This document shows positions 1-10,464 of a stretch of DNA of 64,000 nucleotides, piece after piece. Where the stretch lies: positions 8,122,001 to 8,186,000 of the forward strand of contig NC_081333.1 of NCBI RefSeq assembly GCF_022539665.2, written 5' to 3'. The DNA is from Daphnia carinata (lineage: Eukaryota). The number at the start of each line of letters is the position of its first letter. The stretch's first letter is position 1. Both the position numbers and the translations under genes were made by a program. The notes beneath the pieces are model-generated. The model was not told where the DNA came from. It worked only from the letters and a program-made list of their open reading frames with translations, and did no database searches.

Positions 1-906
1 ATCTCTTTCCAATTTAGAATCGTTCGGCCGAAGAAAGTTAACGATCCCTATAAATTAAGGACTGCGACGGGGTCAATGCGATTTCGATAAAGATTTTATC
101 ACGCCCCTGTCAAGCAACAACAAAAGTGGTACAAGATGCATTGAAAATGCCAATCAATTGGTTCTCCGTTAAGTTGGGAGAAAAAATAAAAATAAAAACA
201 GAAAGCCGAAAATAAAAAATCATGGAGAGAAGCAATTGTGGGATGTAACCGATTGATATCGCCAAGTCTGTTTCATGTGAAATTCATGAGCTAGGTTCAG
301 AGCGAACGTGCACGGTAGCAACACATGCGTATTATTTGATTTTTTGTTTTACCAGATAGAAAAAAAAAACCGAAGGGGCTTTTGCAATCGATGCCGAAAC
401 GGGTTTCATATCAAAAGCAAGGCAGGAATAACCTTATCGAATAATAATAATATTGCACGACTAATGATACGTGAAGAAAAAAAATGGGCGTTGTTCCTTC
501 CTAATCATTCTTCTCTTTTGTTCCAACAAGTTTTTTAGAGGCCAGCGATCGTCCTCCAAGACGACTCATCAACTTGCCAAGGTTTTTTTAAAGCAACCAA
601 TCTTCATTTGTATTAGCAAAACCACCTGATTCTCAATTTATCTGATCAAAGTAGAGTTAACACGGAACGAATGTCAACTAAACTCGAAGCGAAAAATAAC
701 GACAGAGATATTGGGTTTAGGAAAAGTCCAATCCGAAAAGTAAATATCATCAATTCAAGAAGAGTTTATAACAAGACATTATTTAAAATGCCAGTAACTG
801 CGGGAGTTTTTCGGCGAATGAATGAAACGAAGTGACAATCAACTTGTGAAGAAGGCCCCTTAGGGAGATGGTAAACACACAACACTCCCCTTTTTTCCCT
901 CTCCAT

Positions 907-944
907 AAAAAAAAAAAAAAAAGAAAAAAAAAAAAAAAAAAAAA
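907..944. repeat. Poly(A) tract (one G interruption)
   Basis: Directly visible. Confidence 0.9.
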
Positions 945-1900
945 GAATTGTCGCTTCGTTTGTTCATGAACGGTAGGAAAAGTGAAAGGTGTCCGACAGT
1001 GTGTCTCCTACTGTCCGTATGGCGACACTTGATTTATAATGAAAAAGGTCATCTAGCGACAAAGCTCAAAAGCTCTCACCTATTGTAAGCAGAACATCCG
1101 CATACACAGGTAATACAAAAAGAACAAAAAGCAAATGACCATCATTCAAACAATGCTTAGCCCTTCTCAGGCCCCGACAACAACAAATGTGTAAAGACGA
1201 TTTTTTCAAGATCTTTTTGCACGAAAAATTTGCTCAGACTAGGTCACGGACAGACGCCTTTTCCTTCATTTGGCACATCGATGTCGCCACCGCATACACA
1301 ACGCACGCGTGCAGCCGTCTTATACATAGAAATTAGCTAACTCAATGAAGGGAAAGAACGGAGAAAGACATGGCATTGTTCGCCGTACATGCCAAGCTTT
1401 GATCTTTTCGAGTAGCAGACAGATGAAAAAAGAAAAAACAGATAGGAAGAGAGAGTTGGATGTAGACTAGTACTCATCTCATCCCACGTTGCAGTCGATT
1501 TACCTGCGCTACCCGCTATTCAAAAACATGTCCCACGAACCACAACATCGAGAAGGAGGAAATACTCGTTTCCAACTCTTCTGCAGCCTTTCCCCCATTT
1601 CATCAACAAGCTGTCAGTCAGCAACACAGAAAAAATAGAAATTGGATTCCCAGCCAATACGCATTGAAATGGGCTGGATGATTCCTAGTGACCCAAATGC
1701 TACATGACGGCTCCATTCAGACGGATGCGTTTCATAACATTCTTCAGATTCACCAATCCGAAAAAAAACTCCGTGTCAATCAAGTACCATCAACGTTGAT
1801 GGTTCAATAACAAGTAGGCCGTTTAAAAAAAAAAAAAAAAAAACCCACGCTACCAAAAAAAAAATAAATACTAAGAATGATAATGAAAATCGGGACTCAC

Positions 1901-2107
1901 TTCCAGTCGCGCTCGTAGCCCTTGATGTAAGGTTCCATAAACTTGCAGTCTTCCGGCAGTTCGGGTTGTTTGAAATACGGTTCCATCCGGCTGCCGGCAG
2001 CCTGACCTCCGCCAAAGTTGTTATCACATGAACAGTCGGCAATCTTTCCCGTTTTGATTCCAATCGGTATGTCCGGGACGGGCCGCGTCGAAATCATTTT
2101 CATGTGT
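1901..2107 (-). CDS. Coding exon of an unidentified gene (MKMISTRPVPDIPIGIKTGKIADCSCDNNFGGGQAAGSRMEPYFKQPELPEDCKFMEPYIKGYERDW...). Probably the first coding exon, with the gene continuing toward or beyond the window start.
   Basis: GC-rich, codon-like ORF (track 1897..2115) in AT-rich flanks. Acceptor ...gctcAG ends at 2108 and a consensus donor GTGAGT starts at 1900, overlapping the apparent TGA stop. The exon is 207 nt. Product not recognised. Confidence 0.7.
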
Positions 2108-5100
2108 CTGAGCATTTTGTTGGGGCTATTTGTTTTTTTTTTTTGCTTTCTCTTCGTGTTATTGTTGAACGAGTCACGCCACGAAACGATCTGAAATCAG
2201 ATGAAGAAAAAAGAAAAGAATGGATATTTACTACACAACGTCCCTTATGCTTTTCTCAAGATGTGACATTGAGACCTGACACGGATGCACGACTGAGACA
2301 GGTTGATAGTCGAGCACGGCCTACGTTAAGATGAAAGATTCCTCAATGTCATTCACAATTGACAGGTAGGTAGGCAGAGGGGAGGGGGCAACACTAATCC
2401 TTGTACAACATTTCCAAGATTCAACCAGCTGACAGTCCAATCAACGGGGTTCCTCGCATTTAGCGTTTTCTATGCCTGAACAAACACACTTGAAAACCCC
2501 GCGATCCCTTTCTTCGTCAGAAAACAGACACGACAAACTCAACGCAGGTTATGATTCTTACGGGAAAAATCAATACAGCAGGGGGGCCACTAGCAACCTC
2601 TTTCAGTCGTTTGAAAATGATGGATGATTTCCTATTAGCCCTACCTCCTTTCGCGTAGGACGCACACTAGAAATGCAAAATACGGGCAATAGTGTTTGTT
2701 TTGATATTTGAATATTAAAACAAGGGTCTATCCCACCAAAACGGATGGAAAAGATTGGCCAATGTCTGTCAAACAAGACGGTTTCTAGTCAACTGAAATA
2801 AATTAGATTTGTTTTGTCTTTTTTTTTCTTGGCTGGCCAGTGAAATTGAGGAGCATCGTTTTCTCTCATCTCGAAGCTGGTCCTCTCAGCCAACCGACAA
2901 ATGCATATCGTCCTCGTCGCGGTCGAGAATTGAGAATTCAAAAGCCATGGACAAGAGAAAATTCTGGATAAAGGAGGCCGGTCTTCAACTAGTCCCACAT
3001 ATGAACAAAAACAAAAAGGGAAAGTCAACAAGCAGTTCTCTAACGCGAGTCTTCCTTCCTCACGGTGACGGGTATAATTCCGCAAAAACTCTCCCTGATC
3101 CAGAGATAGAAGCGCTTGGGTAAGTGCGAGCGCTTTGAAAGTGATACGATGAAAAGCAAGATTGTTGGAAAAAGAAAAGGATGGTAAAAGAATCTATAGC
3201 ATGCGCATTGTTGATATTATTTGCATTCGCAGATGGAGTCCGACTCCACCGTTGTTGATGCTATCAAACAAAAAGGTAATGGATCGCCGGCTCTATGAAT
3301 TCGCTGACCAACTTTCCAAGCCACGGGCTATAGGTTCATGTAAGAGTCTTGTGGATCACTGGGCTCTTCCAGCATCATCATTTTTCATTTCGCCTACACA
3401 ACGCGTTTGATTGAGCGAAGGAAGCACTCGATTTTACCAAGAAAGAAAAAGGGGTCTAAGTCTAAATAATTCTATTTCCCTTTCTCTCTGATGACCTTCG
3501 ATTATCCGCATGCAAATCTACCGCCAAAGAACGTAACGCATCTCCGTTAAAAGCCGTTAGATCTATTGTGCTGATGACAGGTGAACACGAGAAACCACGA
3601 TAGAATATCAATGAAGAAAAGCGCGCCGTGTATGCGAAACGAAACGTAGCGCATCCGTCAAACACTCACAACGTTCTATTTTTTATGGGATCAGCTGTGT
3701 TTGGCAAGGTTACTACATTACTACACTCTTCCAATGGAAAGCTCAGGCAGTAAAAACGTTTTGGCGAATCTTCTCTCGTTTTCCTTATTTGGCAGAAAAC
3801 ACTCGATCAACACGTAAAAAGAAAATGTCGAATGACGAACTGACATTATGTCGGTATAATATCCAGTTACATAAACATCTGGTGATGGAACGAAAAAAGA
3901 TGAGAAAATCGATGTATTTTTTTTTTTCTCCGGTAATGATTGCTTTCGCTGAAAAGCCTATGAGGTTCGTTTAACCTGCTAGCTAATTGCAGACACACAC
4001 TCTCCCCTGGATCTGCGATTATCTGAATTGACATCACAGTCTCCAAGGGTGGTAATTTTCTCTTCAGGAAACAAACAAACGAAAGAGAAATCACAGCATT
4101 TAATGGCGAGCAAAACATTACTGTTTTCGATAAAAAAAAAAAGAAGTAATGGTCAAATGCAGTAAGAGCCTGTCGGACAACGAACTTTGGCAACCATACA
4201 GTAGGTTACCATATTGATGGCAAACAAAACAGGAGGTCCTCCTCTACTGTGTTCTGTGGCATTTATTTTTCCTCTAACCTATTTTTTTTTTTTTTTAAAT
4301 CGTTCATGCCTTGACGCATCGCGAAACGTATTCAAGAAAAAATGCCAGCGTTAAGCCGTTCACTTTTGGATACGGTAAGCCGCACTCGGACAGAAAATAC
4401 TGTATAAAAACGAGACTATAAAACACACATGAATGCAACTGTCATGCGACCTAGAAACTTTCTTTTGATAATACGGACTTTAGCTTGCACGGACACGATT
4501 CTTCGCCTGTGAGCCTTTTAATTTTATTATAATTGAAGCCAGCTACGCATTCGCACGGTATAATCAAAGCCATTAAGTTGAGTTGGATAATAAATATTCG
4601 GATTCTATGTGGACTGACCGACGCGCATGTTTAAATGAAAATAGAAACACCGAAAAAATGGTATATCATGTCAGTCGTTTAGTTCAAGGATTTTAGACGA
4701 GTAGGTCAGTCCATTTCGAAAGCAAAACATTCACACACTTCGTCCATTAAGTGTCGAACGCGAGCAAGATTCCACCGTTTTTGCCTGAATAATTTCTTTA
4801 TCTATATACGACAGTCTACTAAAGCCGTTAGAATAGTAAGTTTACTACACGTTGCGCTCGAAACGTGAGTGCTGCTGACTATACCGAGGGAAAACAAGAA
4901 AACACAGATCACAATCTGTTTTTTTTTCCAAGAGAACGAATGTAAACCATCGCCGATAAAAAAAAAACAAAAGACACAAAAAAAACAACAAAGGTGAAAA
5001 CACAAAATTTTAACGCTTTCTAGTTGAGATTTTGTTCGGTTCTGATTTTTCCTTGTATAAAGAGAGGTAGCTTTAACTATTCTTCCTTGCCACACGGGTG

Positions 5101-5612
5101 GTTGTTTGTAGCCGTTTACTATCATTTGTCGGCAAATCGGCCCATTACATTTCTCCCAAGCTGAATACTGTCCAATCTAACCGTAAACTCGCAGCAATTA
5201 CAGCGTGAAATATTTTGTACTCGCACGTTAACGACTCTGGACGCTTCTTTGAATACATTTTCAGGTTCATAGAGGTTTAGAAAATTTTTCCTCCTCTTAA
5301 TTGTTCATCAAATTAGGTTTGGACCTAATGAGCTTTCAGAGTATTTCCTTTTGTGGATAACGCGATATTTTACGAACTCTCCCCTATAAAGTTTATGCCG
5401 ACAATAATAAGTCAAAAGGATTTTTTTGTTCTTTTTTTGTTTTGTTTTTACTAAGACGTGAAAAATTGGTTTTGATTCTTGAATTTTTCAGCTAGGAGAA
5501 CTTGTTTAACTTAATTCAAGAAAAAATCCAACCAAAGTGGATGTAAATTCAAGCTTTGTCTTCGCACGATAAACGTTTGGTTTCGATTCGAAGGGCTCTA
5601 TATCAGTCTTAC

Positions 5613-5777
5613 GTGTGTTCAATGGACCAAAACGGATAACCAGGACCTACATCGCACGACCAATAAAACCACGTGATAGAAACGGTAAGAAGTTGTGGTA
5701 AGACAGATAACCAAAAGAGGACACCGTAGCAAAACAAGTCGAAAGATCGAACAGCTCTCCCGCTGGGTATTCACTGA
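5613..5777 (-). other. Putative non-coding first exon and core promoter of the unidentified minus-strand gene
   Basis: Inr-like TCAGTG on the minus strand at 5777-5772 and a donor cacac|GTAAGA at 5612. The link to the 2107 acceptor is inferred only. Confidence 0.3.
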
Positions 5778-7797
5778 ACAAAGAGGTGGATGGCTTTCAT
5801 CCATCTTTTTACTTTCAAGTTGGCGCAACACCAGTTAAATCATATTCAAAACATCAGATAAGTTGACGACAAACCCAAAAAGGCCTTTAAAACGTGGAAA
5901 AACCTAATCCGATTTCAGAAAATTTTGGACGCCGTTCGAAAAAAAAGGAAAGCCATCGCTCATAACGGATCAAATCTTGCTGAAAACCATGACCACATAT
6001 GTCCACCCCGCTTCAGCGTGGTGATGACGAATAATCTGATTTTTTTTAATGCATGCTAAGAGTTTGGGGTACGCTAACGATAAGTAAATTACTTAATGTT
6101 GAAAGGAGTCGAAATGAAAGCAGACAATAGCATCAAGTGCAATGGATACGACGGGTTATTGTTGACGAAAACGGCTATTAAACTGTTCACGTTGACATTA
6201 TTAGCTGCTGGAAATGGCAAGTTTCTACATACACCGAGAGAACGAAGGTTGGCGAGTTATCACACAATCAGTACATGTTGTATGATGCCATAATTAAAGT
6301 TTACACCTTTCATAAAAGTAACCTAATTTTTCTTCCTCTTACCATTGCGAATCGTGCAAAGGGAAACTTGAAATGGATTCTACGATAGGAGAAAAGTCAC
6401 CACTTTCCCAATTTTGTTGTTCGATTCACTTTCCCCCATATATTTTTGGATGACTATTGGTGGCTATCGTACGTGGACATCCAAGAGGACATCCTCATGG
6501 GGCCAACAAACAAAAAGGGTCATTAGCTCAGCCGGTGTGGGATCAATGTTTATCTTTAAAAGAGGGAAGGTGTTTCCTTTGGGATAAAAAAAAAACCTAC
6601 TTTCCAATCCGCAAGTGCACGGTTGTCCAAATTTAAACCAACGAAGTGACGTAGCCACAAGTTACCGCGCTTACTAAACCACCGTCTAATGATGATATCG
6701 ACCAATTTTTGGCACTTTTTCTACTTTGAAAATGCCGCACTAGAAAAGTATTAGGTCATTCAAATGCCGTTGGAATTTCAAATTGTGTTATTTACTGATC
6801 AATCTTTTTGTTGTTAAAAAAATAACGACTCCCAGCGGCATTTGACGTTCGTTTTAAAGTTTCTCGTAAAAGTCGATCGTATGCGCAAGACTCCAAGGCC
6901 GAATCATGTATAAACGTTATCCAGTGAACTCAATTATTTGTGAATGGAAGGAAAAGCTGTGGGTTTTCATTTAGCTTTGCAACCCACAAGTAACTTATTC
7001 CAGTTTGGATAATGCTAAGCACAAATTCAAGCCTGGCTGTTTTAAAAAATTGCACCCTTCCCTTTCCACAGAACAAACTTGCGGGCAAAAAAAACAAGAA
7101 TAAACATCAAATTCTACGCATTGAAATTGACAAATTGGATCTACATCTTGTGTTTCTTTCCAATGATATATATTCCCCACAGCAATCAGATTAACGGTTT
7201 CCATCACACCGCCCCCTTCATTAAAAAATGACACAATTTTGTGGCTCCAATTGCGCAGATAAATACAGACAACTCTCGTGAGAAAAAAAAAATAAAAGTT
7301 TTTTTTTTAAATTCAAAACGGCAAAATGTACGTGCTCAGATAACAATTCATAGACGCTCCGGCGCTTAATGCATTTTAACCAGAAATTACTAAACGGGGC
7401 AATCTTAGAAACTCTTGCATTTCTATCAGTTTGTCTGTTGCTTTTGGAAAAAAACAGGTCAAGAGATTCTTTAACCTTCAAACACTTTCTATACTTGTTC
7501 GCATATTTGAATATCGTTTTACTGCTTTTGCCCATTTTCTTTCACTTAAAGACACATTTTTCTAAAACAAATAAAGTAAATGGAAGTCAGCACTGACTAT
7601 TGAGCAGTCGATAAGTGCTTAAATTCGATTTACGATACTTTCATTCACGTTAACATCAACCTGGCAACTGCGCGCAAACAAAATAAACAAGTGGACTTCG
7701 GAATTTCTGGTGAATATTTAGATGTTAGACGCGTAGACGAAAAAATAGTGTATGTATCAGCTAGCCCACAATTGCCTTGTTGTATAACAGCCCTAAT

Positions 7798-9809
7798 ATG
7801 AACAGAATAACATCTACCCTGAAGGTAAAATGCTGGTATTTCAAAAGTGAAAAGTTTAATCCATATGTTTCCGACCCAGGTTCGATTACCTATCGTTCGA
7901 GTATTTGGATCAAAATGCATGTCTAAGTGGACTGGACAAGAATCCCTAGCTCAAGATGATCCTGAAATGTGGGCTCTCATTAACGCGGAAAAGATGAGAC
8001 AAAAACAAGGATTAGAACTCATTGCTTCAGAGGTAAAAATTTCTGATATGGGAAATTTGCAAAAGTTGATATCAAAAGGTTGTGATCCCAGAATTTCTGT
8101 AGCCGTGCTGGCCTTGAAGCCCTGGGATCATGCCTCAACAACAAGTACTCAGAAGGTTATCCTAATCAAAGGCATGTCAACTCCTAATCTAGATTTAACG
8201 TTTGGTTGTAACTCAATGGTTTGTTATCACAGATATTACGGTGGAACTGAAGTTATTGACAAAATAGAGATCTTGTGCCAAAATCGTGCCTTGGAGGCCT
8301 TCAATTTGGACCCAGCAAAATGGGGTGTAAACGTTCAACCTTATTCTGGATCCCCAGCCAATTTTGCTACCTACACCGCCCTTATGATGCCCCATGATCG
8401 TATTATGGGATTGGATTTGCCTGACGGTGGACAGTATGTTTGTTTAACATCACGAAAAGATTGAGTTTTTCTAAACATTTCATCATTGCGGTAGTTTAAC
8501 ACACGGCTTCATGAGTGATACAAAGCGTGTTTCCGCCACGTCAGTCTACTTTGAATCCATGCCTTATCGACTGGACGTCAACACAGGGCTAATTGACTAT
8601 GACATGCTCCGCAAAACAGCCAAACTTTTCCGTCCCAAAATCATCATTGCTGGTACATCGGCCTATTCTCGATTACTCGACTACAAAACATTTCGCGAGG
8701 TACAAATTCTATCATTTTTGGATGCATACGCCATCTACCAGTAGAAGTAATTCTTATGGGGACTTACCAGATATGCGACGAGGTAAAAGCCTATCTCTTG
8801 GCAGATATGGCGCACATCAGTGGGCTGGTAGCTGGTCGAGTGATACCGAGCCCATTCGATTACGCAGACGTGGTTACAAGTACCACGCACAAGACGTTGC
8901 GCGGTCCACGTTCTGGGTTGATTTTCTTCCGTCGCGGTGTCAAGGCCAAGGATAAGACAGGCAAAGACATCTTGTACGATTTAGAACAGAAGATAAATCA
9001 GGCTGTTTTCCCATCTCTGCAAGGTGGTCCTCACAATCACGCAATCGGAGGAGTTGCAGTTGCTCTCCGGCAGGTGTGATCTAACAAATATATTGAATAT
9101 TATTTCAGTTTAAGACCCAAAATCTATTTTAGGCAAATACCCCAGAATTTCGTGAATACCAGCAGCAGGTCTTGCGTAATGCGAAGGCTATGGCAAAAGC
9201 ATTGATGGCGAAAGGATATACGCTAGTTTCTGGGGGTACAGATACTCATTTGGTGCTGGTTGATCTTCGACCAAAAGGCTTGGATGGTGCTAGGGCAGAA
9301 CAGGTCTGTATAGCACCAGTTAACCTTAACATTTCATCCTACTAATACATTTGTTTATTAACTAGGTCTGTAATAGGACTTCTATTTCAGTGAACAAAAA
9401 TACCTGTCCAGGAGATAAGAGTGCTATGACACCAGGGGGTTTAAGATTGGGTGCCCCAGCTTTAACATCCAGAGGATTTGTTGAAAAAGATTTTGAGCAG
9501 GTCTGTAAGAAAAAAAAAATTTTTAACCTGTCAAATCATTTTCAAATTCCAAAATTATTTGTGGTTTTTGTGTTGAAATTTATTAGCATTTTTCTCGTTT
9601 TTGACAATAACTTTCTTAAACAGATGGTGGAGTTCTTTCATCGAGCAATTCAGATTGCTTCAGAGGTCAAGCAAAAAACAAGTAAACTGAAGGATTACAA
9701 GGATTATTTGGAGAGCAATGAGGAAATCAAAGCCAAAATGGTTGCTCTGAAAAGTGAGGTGAACAAGTTTGCTTTGCAGTTTCCAATGCCAGGATTTGAA
9801 GATCATTGA
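7798..9809 (+). CDS. Shmt: Serine hydroxymethyltransferase (PLP-dependent), 486 aa. Exons: 7798-7824, 7880-8032, 8092-8171, 8233-8433, 8495-8699, 8771-9073, 9133-9303, 9366-9500, 9624-9809.
   Basis: Hallmark motifs [60 protein letters not shown], the PLP lysine motif [23 protein letters not shown] and [18 protein letters not shown]. Exons sum to 1461 nt with consistent phases. Seven introns are GT-AG and one is GC-AG. Confidence 0.96.
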
Positions 9810-10464
9810 ATTGAGTGATAGATAACCAAGTTTTCAGTGCTCAAACATACATTCTAAAAATCATTATTCTAAATAGCATTCAGACTGAGATATTGAACTG
9901 TTAGACGTTTTTACATTTAACAAGTTTCCTTCAATGGTTGTGCAAACTTTTCAGACACTTAACTACAGCTAGATCAAAACCATGTACGATATTACACCCA
10001 TAAGCAAAGAAATATTTACCTGTTTAGTACATTAGCCATTTCAGTTTCTCAACATGCCGCTTAAAAGTTGGAGAACATGTCAGTGAGTTCTCTGCTTTCA
10101 CGTGACTACTAGCATTTATCACCGAAAATGCAATAATTGCAAACGAAAAGAATTGGAAAAGGCAGATGGTATTTGCCACGTGTTTTGCGCCCGAACTTTT
10201 AGTAGAAATCCTTCCTCAGTCAAGACTTCTGACCCGAATGCGCGCTCTTTTCAGTCCGAACTTGTAGGAGAGCTTCTTGGCGCCGGAACTGAAGTCGAAA
10301 TTTGATTGCCCGTAGTTTTTACATTTGACGTTGCCAAATCATGAAATTGATTCTTAGGTAAATAAAAATAATAAAATAACCACAATCTGAATGAACCATT
10401 GCTGGATACTTGGATCAAAATGTAACCTGAATCGTAAAATAGACTAACAATGCAATGGAAAAAT

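Noticed and set aside
1504..1610. Exon-like segment on the minus strand (ctgacAG ... cag|GTAAAT) downstream of the 1901 donor
   Set aside because: Stops occur in all three frames. At best a poison or non-coding exon, and unsupported.
7847..8464. ORF-track 205-aa SHMT N-terminus as a continuous CDS
   Set aside because: It starts inside intron 1 and reads through introns 2 and 3 with exon 3 out of frame. The conserved NFCSRA..YSEGYP sequence lies in another frame.
10200..10340. GC-richer patch with Inr-like TCAGTC between the SHMT and zfh1 3' ends
   Set aside because: No downstream ORF or RNA-gene structure to support a promoter call.
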